From Lepidodermella squamata (taxonomy: Eukaryota; Animalia; Gastrotricha), in assembly GCA_047495785.1 (NCBI GenBank), contig JBLDXI010000042.1, forward strand, positions 4,464,001-4,528,000: a stretch of 64,000 bases of DNA. Direction: 5' to 3'. The notes beneath the pieces were generated by a model. The model was not told where the DNA came from. It worked only from the letters and a program-made list of their open reading frames with translations, and ran no database searches. Of the stretch, positions 12,861-25,200 are shown in pieces. How positions within the stretch are numbered: position 1 is the stretch's first letter; every line of letters begins with the position of its first letter. Both the position numbers and the translations under genes were made by a program.

Positions 12861-13475
12861 TCGAAGTAAACAGATCGAGCACGAATTGACGGGATCGTAT
12901 TACCCAGGCGATCGGTTGTCAAGTTCATAGGCCACGGAATGAACTGCCCTTTGGTTACTTTCTACTACTTCGGTTACGCGGCGGCCCGTATGTCAGCAAG
13001 CATGCAAGTCTTGACGCCATTCCCTTGATGCCCTAACTATTTGACTCGGACAATAGTCAGGATACAGGCGCGCGTGGGTCACTTGCTTGATTGGTCGATT
13101 GCGACCTTGACATGCAGCAGCCTGAGCTCAACAACCAGGCAGCAGGGTGGCTTCATCGTTAACGACTTCAACCTTCGCCTTCTTTAGAAGGACCTCTTCT
13201 GGCTCAAGGGGAAGTTGGGGCGCAGAAAACTGCTTCATCGCCGAAAAGCGCCTAAACCCAACTTAACGCAACTGGACGGTCGCGTGATGTCATTATCTAC
13301 AACGTCAATTTCATGCGTACCGATACGATATTTAAACAGAATTTGCGGTTCAGACATAAAACGCAACACTTCGACGAGTCAATAGAGAGGCCATGTTGTT
13401 CAAACCGCCTACTCCATAATTAAGGCGACTCAGACTGAAATTGAATAGGCTCGCGAATAGTCACTGGCAGCAGCC

Positions 13476-13545
13476 ATGAGTGGTTCCAGGCTGGTGATGA
13501 ATTTTGGTGTCGCTATTGTTGCGTTCGGCCCCGCCATCTTCATCT
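13476..13545 (+). pseudogene. Isolated APH-1-like N-terminal fragment
   Basis: MSGSRLVMNFGVAIVAFGPAIFI resembles the APH-1 TM1 signature FG-x-x-F-x-AFGPA, then the similarity ends. Confidence 0.4.
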
Positions 13546-13679
13546 CATCCCGGGACAGAGACATGTTGATGTCGTGTGCCGACGATGCCGGGCTGGTAAC
13601 CGTGATCGGCGGGCAGGTCTAGCTGGGCGTTTGCCGAATTTTGTTTTGAATTTTGATATTTCCGCATGCAAAAATGCAT

Positions 13680-13950
13680 TGTCGGGGTAGAAGCCGATCT
13701 CCAACAACAAGATGATGGACAACTTCTTCGTCGGTAACAATTCGCTTGGATTTCGGATATCTATAAATCTCAGACACCCCTCGGCCATTCCGTGGCCGAG
13801 CAACGAGTCATGTTTAGCCCAGTCAATCTCCTGTACCTTGAAAACCAGCGGTACTTCGTTTTCCGCGACATTCTTCTCGAAGAAAACGATCGAATGAAAA
13901 CCGCAATTACCATCAACGCTAATGCTATAAATGCCAGTGAAATTAGTCTT
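13680..13950 (-). pseudogene. OTU-like cysteine protease fragment, probably transposon-derived
   Basis: In-frame upstream extension of ORF 13540-13803 reads SVDGNCGFHSI, matching the OTU catalytic D-G-N-C-x-F motif. No His box was identified. Confidence 0.4.
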
Positions 13951-15639
13951 TTATCGGTAGAAACTACTCGGATTATAAAAATTATTTAAACCGAGTGATT
14001 AGTTTTCATCGAGTACATATCGTTAACGATGCGCCAAAACAACCACTTAGATGACTCATTCGATCGTACTCTTAGTCGCCTACCGTACTGATGAAGTACG
14101 TTAGGTCTTTTGAGCACCGATTTTTTCATCTATCGAACGTACTTTCCTCATAAAATCTATAAATAGTAACGTGGTTGTTTTGGCGCGTCGCTAACGATAT
14201 ACGAAAAAGTTAATGTAGGAGTAAGTTGGACTGATAATGGCGAGGGCGAATCTTAAATTAAAATGAAATCCTTTTTTCTATTTCGATTTCTGAGAATCAA
14301 TTTCCCGATTTAACTCAAATTCAAGCTGTTAGCTAATTACTTGTATTTTTAGGTATCATCTGCGTGGATTTTCCTGAACGCAAACCCGCTTCAAAGGCTG
14401 ATATCCCGGTCACTTCTTTACCCAGCAACCGAATTGAATGGCTTGGGAAAAAATCGAATCGGCCTCGGATTTTGCAATGCAGGTGGCGACAATTGATGAT
14501 ATTGGTTCTGTTTGATGGAAAAAGTACCTGTATTTTTCCAGAAAATGCGGTCTCAACGTTTTTGCGTTGATTTTCCAATAATTTTCGTCCGAATTTTCTG
14601 TGCTGCTTTTGCTTTATATTCTGTGATAGTTGCTGTTGTTGTTTTTCCCTGCCTTGTTGAATGAATAAAATAACGGCTGGCAATTTGATCGAATGATTCC
14701 CTTATTAATCTGAGTTTCGATTAATTAATAATCGCGTTAATTGACTCAGTTCAATCTCAAGACGTAAAATTCGCCTAGTCGCAGTTTTATGCGACTGATT
14801 TTTTTCTTCTATATTGCCTGGTGACTTGAATCTCAGGACCATGACGTCTCAGGAATCAGGAAATCACAGGACGTAAAAGGCCAAATTGGTAAAGGTAATG
14901 GGATTTCACCATTACCTGATGAACTTTCCCTATGAGAGCGACAGATTCGGGATTACGGGATTAGTTGTATGAAATTTTCGGAGCAAAATAATTAACCCAG
15001 CTGCTTGCTTCAAGCGGAGAACAACCACAGCTTGCGGTCATTTCATCCTCTGGCGGAAAAAAAAGTCTCAGTATCTGTGTCTAGTTGAATTCGGCCATCA
15101 CATTATGGGTACAATCATTACAATAAAGGGGTGAAGTTCAACTCAGTTCAGGAGTCAAGGAGTTCGAAATTTCTATTCAAGCCATCCTATTTGACGGTAA
15201 TAATTTGGCCTTTTCAGATTAACTTAAGGTAATCAGATTGATGAATATTGAAAAATGATTGTATTTTTTCCGCTGAATTACTCGCCCTTTGCGCTTTTCC
15301 GCGTCGCCATTTCTACACATCAAGTCAAATTTTGCTCTAATGCTTCAGTTTTTTCCGTCAAGATTCGATTTCGGCACCACCGCCAACAGCTTTTGAATTT
15401 TTACAGCTAGTCATCGCAAAAAACACGCGTGGCATTTGTCTGACTTTATTTGACTTCAGGCTTCACATGAAAACTGGCGATAATTTTAGCGTGGCCCTTG
15501 GCCAACGTGGTTTCAAACTACGTTCAGACAATCAGTCTGGAATCCGATATTGCAACGATGATATAGAACAACGCGGATAATAGTACACCAAAAACTTCGG
15601 TTTAAATAGAAAAAGAAACTCGAAGAGAGATTTCAGGTT

Positions 15640-16437
<798 letters not shown>

Positions 16438-17856
16438 CGATCGCGCCTTCACTCTCTGGCTAGCTACTCAGGCGGAATGAAATTTTGGTCAGGAAGCTGA
16501 TGGCACTAATACAGCATCAATTTCTCAGCATTAGCAATAACGCCTAAAAAAGAATGGATGACATTTTATCACAACATTATAATGATTACAGCGTAAAATC
16601 TCGGTAATAGATAGGCAGAAAATGCCCAAAATCTGGACAGCGAATGCCGATTTATTCTCGAATTACAGCGAGAATGGTGCCACAAAGGCGACACATTTGC
16701 TGACCATTAAGTAGACGAAAATGTCTAATGCCCTTCACTACCGAATAGACAGCATCTACCCTGGACTCAGTGAGATAATCGCTCTCGCGGATATTAATGT
16801 AGACTTCGACTTCTCGGGCTACGCCACTATTATTTGACGCATTCAAGTTTGCCTATCAGCTTTACTGCTAATGTCGCTAAGTCTATGACAAAACGGAAGA
16901 ACTGTTCGAATGCAGTGGTACTTCAATGCAAAGAAAGTACCACTCCTCATGCGTATCACTCAAAGATGCTCCAAGGCCGTTGGCTGTGCCTGAATATGTC
17001 GTGTTTCTGTTTGGCGTCGAGCTTCCGCGTCAAAGAGTCTTGATGTTGCGTTTTGGTTACTCGTTGGTTATATCTCGGTATGAATGATTTATAGCCGAAG
17101 CCGCTCATGCCGATTTGACGCTTGCTAACTCCCGCGAGCAAGTCGCGTCTGTGCACGACGTGGTCACTTTCTTTTCCTAAAAATTGTCGTGGTTCCTGCG
17201 GCGGAGATGCCCATTTCAGAAAATAAAGGAAAAGGCCTGCTTCTGAAAGCGACGAGCCTAGTACTAGCGCTCTTGACCATCACAAGCTGCAGAAGTTTGC
17301 TGGTCAATGCCACAACATTATGAATGGTAATTATGAATGGAATTCGTCAAGATAACCGTCCTGCAGTTGTTCCTGATGATGTCGCCGCGCGTCCTTCTTC
17401 ATCTACTACCGCTTCCGTTTCTACTGATCTCGCTACAGTACGGCTTTTTCGCTGAATTCAGCCCCGATTCGTGTCGCACCTAGCATATGGCCCATTAACT
17501 TCAGGCAAGAGTTACCTATCTGTTATCGAAAAACTTATCTGAATTATAACCTATCGAGCGCACTATTGGCAAGAGAACCAAAGCTACAGTCACAAACATA
17601 ACGCGAATTCAGAATTTCTCCCGGCACTCCCAGGTTGTGACTCGAACATTTGCCATAAAGCGAAGCCAGTGAAGAAATCGCGAGCTAAATTCCCAGAGTT
17701 CAGGGCTCGTTGAGCTAGGACCTATAGGACTAACCCACACTATCCTCTGCACCCGCACTACACTGGTTAGTGGCTCGCAACAACAAATCTGAAGTATTTA
17801 ACTCCTTAATCGTATCGATAACCATTGCGGCAACCAAAGCAAGAATCGCTAAGAGA

Positions 17857-18345
17857 ATGGCAGCCCAAGCCAATGCCGTGAACTTCGCAGAATTCGACTT
17901 GGAGGACATCCTGGGAGCCTTGCAGGGGGCCAGTTTCGTCCAAATTTCCAGAAACCTCAACGGGACGAGCATCAATGTCCGAAGCGCTGTGACCAAGGCA
18001 GCCTACTTGGCAGCAGCTGGCGGAGCCAAGCCTGTAGCGGACAAGGTGACTGGAGCCGAAATGAGGCTGTTAGAGGAAGCCGGCCTCTGCATCAGAAGGA
18101 ATCCCAACATCACTGCCCTTGCCTTGATCGGACACGCTCTGATAAAGTTGGAGGCTAACCCAGCCGCATCCAGAGCCTGGAACGTAAAGTATGGGGCTAC
18201 CTCAGTCTGGGAGTTGGGCGCACCGCAAGCCAACTGGTCTGCCGACAAGACTGTGAAGGCCCAGTTCGCAGCCAAACACGCATGGAATCAGGCTGAGGCC
18301 ACGGCCCTGATGGAGGCTCTGAGATCAGGAGTCTTTGCCGGCTAG
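17857..18345 (+). CDS. Intronless 162-aa orphan ORF, candidate endogenous viral element (nucleoprotein-like); in-frame continuation to 18501
   Basis: Clean ATG-TAG ORF, Ala-rich and probably helical, GC-rich but CpG-poor unlike neighbouring host exons. No cellular family recognised. Confidence 0.5.
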   Translation: MAAQANAVNFAEFDLEDILGALQGASFVQISRNLNGTSINVRSAVTKAAYLAAAGGAKPVADKVTGAEMRLLEEAGLCIRRNPNITALALIGHALIKLEANPAASRAWNVKYGATSVWELGAPQANWSADKTVKAQFAAKHAWNQAEATALMEALRSGVFAG

Positions 18346-19929
18346 GGAACTGCAGAGACTGAGGTTAGCATGACGAATCAGAGTGCGAACAGCTCAGTCA
18401 GTCTGCTTGAGAGGACCGCCAAGAACAGGGTAGACAAATTGGAGAGGGAGTTGAGAAAGTTATCCATTGACATGTCTGACCCTTCTTGGCAACCATTTTG
18501 ATTTTGTAAATAGCATCCATAACCTCTACTTAAGTCATTATCGAATAGGCTAACGTTTCCGGAAAGGTCACCGCTGTGAGAGCCGTTTTAGAGATTTTTA
18601 GATTTTTAGATTTTAGAGACACTGCGTCTATAACACTAAACTAAAAATACGTCCGTTAAAGCGATTGCTCAAAAGTCAAAACTTCTAAAACAGAAAACAT
18701 CTTCTCAAAAAAGAAAAGCTTTTGTGAAACTGAAACAAATAGTTGGCGCCAAATCTTTATTTAGTATATTCTGTATAAATTTATGTAAAAAAATTTTGTA
18801 ATTATCTACAACATTTCTAAACATGCATGGTCTTCACCGATGTTTCCATGATTAATTATGGTACTCTGCGGTGTCTGGTCGCACGGCTAAAGCAAGAAAT
18901 CGTCGCAATCGCGCAAGTTTTAGAGTTTTAGACCTTTTACCACTTACGCTGAACTCAACAAAACAAGGAAATCCAGGGAATTGGTTATTCTTCTGGTTTT
19001 CTGAATGACCCCTGTTGTTAACTGCACGTCGCACGCGTTTGATAAACAAGAAAACACTGAAAACTGAAAATGTAATCTATTATTTGGTTTTTGGTTTTTG
19101 TGGTGGCAGATTGCTTTGCCACCTGACTCCTGACAACAAACACCTTCGTTATTTTTGGATGGGGGATCAATGGTTTAGTTCTGAAGCAGAGAAACGGGTA
19201 TGAAGAAGACGATTAACCTCGCCAGTCCACTTTGCGGGAGAGAAGCTTTCAGAGTTTGAGGTCTGAGCTTTCGGGCTTGATTTTTTAAAAGCTTTCCCGG
19301 CCAGATTTTGGCTGGTAAGTGCATACGTTGTGTTCTTTCGAAGCGAGACATGTTTCTCTACAGAATGTATAGTGCAGGTTAACAGCCATTACAGTTTTCT
19401 GGCTGCTTCTTCCTTCTCAAGTTAACGGTAATAATCTTGATGCCTTCATTTGTCCAGATATTTAATGAATTCTTTAATCTTTAACACCATCCGTTGTTAA
19501 CGTTCTTTTGCCTCGTCTTCAGCTACAATACCTACGACCTACGGAAGATGTTAGGAAATTGAACATAAAGTATTTTTCGCTTATTTCACGCGGAGCAGTC
19601 TATTTATATATGCTGGAAAGTCTGGACAGCGATTTTTCAGTGTCTTTCCGTGATTCGTGATCACCTCAAACCTCAAACTTTAGTCGTAAATTCAGGGATT
19701 TGGGCCATTGAATTTATGAAATTTGAATTAGCGTATAGCGCATAGCAGCGTCCGATCTTTTACAGTGTTTCTGTAAACCACCCAACTTGCACTCAGGATT
19801 GGCCATACCTAGTTAATTGTTCTTCGTAGTTTTGTTTACTACCTTTAGTCGGATCCCAAGTTCTCTTGTGGAGATGGGCTTGTGGTTCTGAGCTAATGCT
19901 AATTATGTTTGTTAGGTTTTTAAAACCGA

Positions 19930-20364
19930 ATGTCGTTCCTTACTACACGCGCTATCAGCCACCAGCAGCGCGTCCTGCGTCTTTACAGGCGCGCGATTCG
20001 TGAGCTGCGAAACTACCACTGGCCTGACCACGCCGCCTACCTCGAACAATGGGCGATTCTTCGCGACCGTTTCGACAAAGCGAAGCCGGAACGCGACTTC
20101 CGTGTTGCGAAACAGCTGCTGCAAGCCGGCGAGGCTGAAGTCGATAAAATCAAACACCCACAGCCGTTTCAGTTCGCCTTCTCACCCGGCGGTGTGTGCT
20201 TCGAGCGTGACCCGCAAATCGCCGACTGGGTGCTCGACATGTGGCACCCGCTCGAGAAGGATCAATACCCGGCGTACTTCGCGCGACGTGAACAACGGAA
20301 AAAGGAGTATATCGAACGCTGGGAGAAGAAATACGGCCCGTCACACCACCATTTTCACTTCTAA
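19930..20364 (+). CDS. NDUFB9: NADH dehydrogenase 1 beta subcomplex subunit 9 (LYR family)
   Basis: HQQRVLRLYRRA (LYR motif), HPQP, SPGGVCFER, WVLDMWHPLEKDQYPAYFARREQRKKEY. Confidence 0.95.
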   Translation: MSFLTTRAISHQQRVLRLYRRAIRELRNYHWPDHAAYLEQWAILRDRFDKAKPERDFRVAKQLLQAGEAEVDKIKHPQPFQFAFSPGGVCFERDPQIADWVLDMWHPLEKDQYPAYFARREQRKKEYIERWEKKYGPSHHHFHF

Positions 20365-20543
20365 TTGATTAAATCCAAAATAACACTGCCTGATATGAGA
20401 AAATTGAAACAATAAACCTAAGTAGCCCTGTGTTAGTTAGCACACGACTCGGCGATTTGTTTGAAGCCCTTCTTATCGTAAAATAAATTGAATCCGCTAA
20501 TTTGAAGTATTTTCTATTTATAGGCGTTAAATTTTGTAGAAAA

Positions 20544-21025
20544 ATGGCAAAATCACTCAGAAGTAAATGGCGTAGGAAGATGCGCGCTGAGAAGCGGAAG
20601 CGCCTCGAGCCGAGAGTTGTCGCCCGTCTTCAGAAAACTGTGACCTCAGAACACATTCCGACTATCCCTGAAGTCGAAGGTAACTATTTCGATTTATTTT
20701 TGAAAAAAATCTTTGATTTATTGTCAATTTTCTAGCGAAGGAGCGTGAAGAGAAAAAGCTAGCTCTGGCTCCCCCACCGACTGAAATGGAAGCTACAGTT
20801 GACGCAGCGTCCAAAATTCGGCCATGGATGAACCAGCGACGTGTGAAACGCATCTCAGCCGCTGAGAAACGGAAAGCTGCAAACAAATCGGCCGCCGAGA
20901 AGCTGCTCAGCAAGAAGGCGAAGGACGTGCCTCGCATCAAAGTTGCGCTGAAAAAACGGCACAAGGGCAAGCAGAGGAAGCTGAACAAGCGCCAACGCCA
21001 CGCTGCGTCATTCCCAGTCTCTTAG
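20544..21025 (+). CDS. LLPH: LLP homolog (LAPS18 family); exons 20544-20679 and 20736-21025
   Basis: N-terminal MAKSLRSKWRRKMRAEKRK signature, a PWMNQR motif and a basic tail; 56-nt intron in phase. Confidence 0.9.
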
Positions 21026-22204
21026 ATGACTTGATAAATGATGAAAAAATATTGTGTGGCTCAAAAATAATATTTGTTGGTGGCTCGGATCTTCCATTCT
21101 TTTGATAAGAAGTAAACAATCGGCTGCAAATAAAAATCAGAAAGATAATTTCCAAAATGTTATCGCGACTTGTTTATTGATAATTTTAGACTTTCGTATC
21201 ATCAATTTTGCCCAGTGAGATCAGAAAATATTGTCCCGATGCATACGACTCGAATCTCTGAGGATAGAAAACCAGAATGATGAAACATGGCTGAAGAGTG
21301 AATACTCAAGCCCGAGGACACTGACTTTTCAATAATTTCTCAGCTAAATAATCAGTTGCAGCAGAAGAAAAATTTTCTTACGAATTTGAGTTTCATTTTA
21401 AATTTCGTGTTATTATACCTACTGGTTAAACAAATTGACACCGAAATGAGATTTTGTGTGAATCAGTTTCAATTTTTTCTGGAAGATAAACACAGAATTT
21501 GACGGCTTTTCTATCGTTCAACTATGAGCAATTCTGAGTGATCAAAAATTGTCCCTTGGGTTTTAGAAGTGGGCAAAAAGGTTTTCTGATTTTGGTACAG
21601 AAGCCTTAATTGATCGTCGCGTTTTCTCGTATAATTGTTTGACCCATCCATTATTTTCCTCATTAAAAATTCAGGCTATTAGAAATCACTTCAAGCAGGT
21701 GAAATTTTATTGGCTGATAGAAAGTTCATTTTTCCAGCCAATTTTGATCGATTTTTGATTGATATCTTTTTTATTTACTCCGCCTACAAAGTCTGTTTTA
21801 CTATTATTTGGTCTCGTTGATTAGATACCTGAACGTGTTCGAGGCACTTGTTAAAAATTAAGTTTTTACAGTATCGTAGTTTTTTCTACGCCGCGGCGTT
21901 GTAATGAAATAATTATGCACACCCTCCCCCACCCTCCGAGCGCGTTCGATGGGAAAGCGGGCGAGGCTGAGGACACAATGACTCAATACTATTGTTATTA
22001 TCACCGAAAAAACGCTAAATAACAAAAGCTTTCGTCGTCGTCAATAATTAACTGCCATCCACAATCGATCATCGACCAGTTGGCACACGGGGGCTAGGTG
22101 TATCCAGGCAACTTAGCCTTTACCGCTTTGTTTCAACGCGAAAATAAGCATTCGATTACGAAAAAGTCCAATCATTCATTTGTTTGCTACCGATTTTCTA
22201 AGAA

Positions 22205-25200
22205 ATGCCGCCGAAAAAGGAGAAGGACGAGAGTGAGGAGAATGTCAAGGTCGCCGTTCGCGTTCGACCGTTCAACCAGCGAGAAAAGGACCGAAATGCG
22301 GTGTTGATCGTCAAAATGACGGGCAATACGACCGAGGTGTCAAATCCGGACAATCCGAACGACAAGAAATCGTTCACTTTTGACTATTCCTACTGGTCGC
22401 ATGACGGGTTCAAGGAAGGCGCGGGCGGTTACATGGAACCGGCAACGCCCGCCTATTGCGATCAGAAGAAAGTTTTCGAAGATTTGGGCCAGGGTATTAT
22501 GAAAAATGCCCACGAGGGCTACAACGCTACGCTGTTTGCTTACGGCCAAACCGGGTCCGGCAAGAGTTATTCCGTGGTCGGCTACGGCAGTAACAAGGGC
22601 CTGGTTCCGATGTTTTGCGACAAGTTGTTTCAGGAGATAATGGCGGCGAAAGACGCGAACATCAAGCATGAAGTGCTGTTCAGCATGTTGGAGATCTATA
22701 ACGAAGTTGTTCGTGATTTATTGAACCCGACCGGTGACAAGAAAGCTGGCCTCAAAGTTCGCGAAAACCCGAAGAAAGGATTTTACGGTGAGCTGGGGAA
22801 AAATGTCAAAAAATTCTAGATTTCGGGTTCATTTGTAACAAAATTTGGCCTCATTTGTGACATTGATCCGATTTTATAATCTTTTTCTCTAGCTTGTATT
22901 GTAATCATTATTTTAGAAGTATTTTCATGTTTTTATATTCGTAAATATCAAGACTTTGAAGTACCCCTCTCGCGTTGGATTCCTAAATTTTGTAATAAGT
23001 GTCCCATAATTTACGCAACTTTTACATAAAGAGATCTGAAGGCCTAAATTAGAGCAAAGTCTCAGAGCATGAACAATTATAAATGCCAATATAGTTAATT
23101 AGAATGTAATCTGTCTATGGGAGTGAAAAATCCGGAGAAATTGGGTCCAACGGGATAAAATACCGAAAATTGCCGAACCGGTTACCATCGGTTTTTTTCG
23201 GGTTTACTCAAGTGAATTTCAAATTTCTTCGGTGAATAGAGATCGAAGCTTCAGTGAAATACTGATGAAGGGTGGGAGATGCTCTCGGTGGGTTTTATTT
23301 TAGATAAATTGATAAATTTGCTGAAAATATTTGTAAAATTAGAAAATAATTGCGCAACTTATGGGATACGCTGTAGTACCTAGAAACTAAAAAAATTACT
23401 AGTGTAAAATGTCAATAGGAATTGAAATCCGTGAAGAATCGGCCCAACTGGTTAAAATACCGATAATTACCTAACCATCGGGTTTTTCCGGGTTTTCTCC
23501 TGTGAATTTTTCATCTCTTGGATAAACTCACTGATAGTAGATCGTTGAGTATTAAGTTTGGAAAATACTTAATTTCCAAGAAAATGTTGCAGAATCGAAA
23601 AAATGAGAAAACTAATTTCTTTTAATTTTCTGTAATTTTCTTTTTTAGCCGATGGATTGACGGAAGTTCCTGTTGCGAGTTATGCCGAAATCGAGAAGCG
23701 AATGGAGCAAGGTACAACGAACCGAACCGTGGCGGCGACTAACATGAACGCCACTAGCAGCCGAGCGCACACGATTATCACGATAACATACGCGCAAAAG
23801 TACAAGAACCAGGCCGGCGAAGAGACGACAAAATCGTCAGTTATCAACCTGGTCGATTTGGCTGGCAGCGAGCGAGCTGATGCTACTGGAGCAACTGGCG
23901 AGCGGTTGAAGGGTGAGTAAAATTAAAATGCTGAAAATAGGGCAACAAATTATTAAAAAATGAACAATTTTTTGAGGATAATTTGTTTCATATTTTTTTA
24001 TGTTTCCAGAGGGTGCCGCTATCAACTTGAGCTTGACGACACTCGGCAATGTTATCTCAGCCCTGGCTGATCAGTCCAGCGGAAAGGACACTCGAGGTGA
24101 GTAAAATAAAATTGCCAGAAAAAATTTTGGCCATTGAAAAATGAAATAATTATGAATTGAAATTTTCACGTGCTTTTAATTTTTTCTCTATTTATTTCAG
24201 TCCCATATCGAGATTCGACCTTAACACGTCTACTGAAGAACGCTTTGGGCGGCAACAGCAGAACTATCATGGTGAATAATTTCCCATTTTTCAATTAATT
24301 TTTTTAATTAATGTTGAATTTAGATTGCTGCAATTTCTCCGGCTGATATTAACTACGATGAAACGCTGTCGACACTGCGTTACGCTGATCGTGCGAAGCA
24401 GATTAAAACGAAAGCTACGGTTAACGAAGATCCGACTCAGAAGCTGATTCGTGACTTGCAGGAGGAAAACGAGCGGTTGAAGAAAATGTTCCAGAATGGC
24501 ATGACGCCTGAAATGATGAATGGCGAAGGCGGCAAGCCGATGAGCCAGGAGGAAATCGCCAAAATTAAACAGCAGGTTTGTTAAAAATCGACAAATGTAC
24601 AAAAATGTCCCAAAAAGTGTGCGAAAATAAACGAAATTTCCAAATATTTTTGGGGAAATTAGCTTGATGTACAAAATTGAAAATTCTGAAAATTTTGAAA
24701 TGGAAAATTTTATTTCTTTTTAAAATTTCAATAAAGGCTCACGAAATTTTAAAAATTTGATTTTAAATATTTTGATTTCCCCAGAATTTTGAAATTTTCA
24801 TTTTTTCTAAGGAATCATTTCCTAACCTAACCGGCTTGAATTTCTCATTTTTTGGCCATCACTTGAAAATTCTCAAATTTATTTCCTCAACAGGCTTTGG
24901 AAGATTACAAAGCTGGGATGGCTGAAAATGAACGGCGAATGGCCGATCTGCAGAAATCGTTCGAAGAACGTCTCGCCGAGGCCCAGAAACAGCAGGCGTC
25001 ATCGGGGCTGAACGACATTGCCGAAAAGAAGAAGACCACGCCGCATTTGTACAACATCAACCAGGACGAACAGTTGAGCGGACGTGTCATACATTTTGTC
25101 ACGAAAATGCCGACGCGTATTGGCAAAAAGAAGGATCTTGATGTCAGTCTGTCAGGGGCGAGTATTTCGGATACGCATGCGGCTATTTCGGCGGCTAATG

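Noticed and set aside
14333-14683. Overlapping ORFs of 116 and 68 aa
   Set aside because: No recognisable motif or consistent splice model.
16652-17156. Short ORFs upstream of AMMECR1, possibly transposase debris
   Set aside because: No diagnostic motif could be identified.
17770-17856. GTG-initiated N-terminal extension of the orphan ORF
   Set aside because: In a eukaryotic context the ATG at 17857 is the more plausible start.
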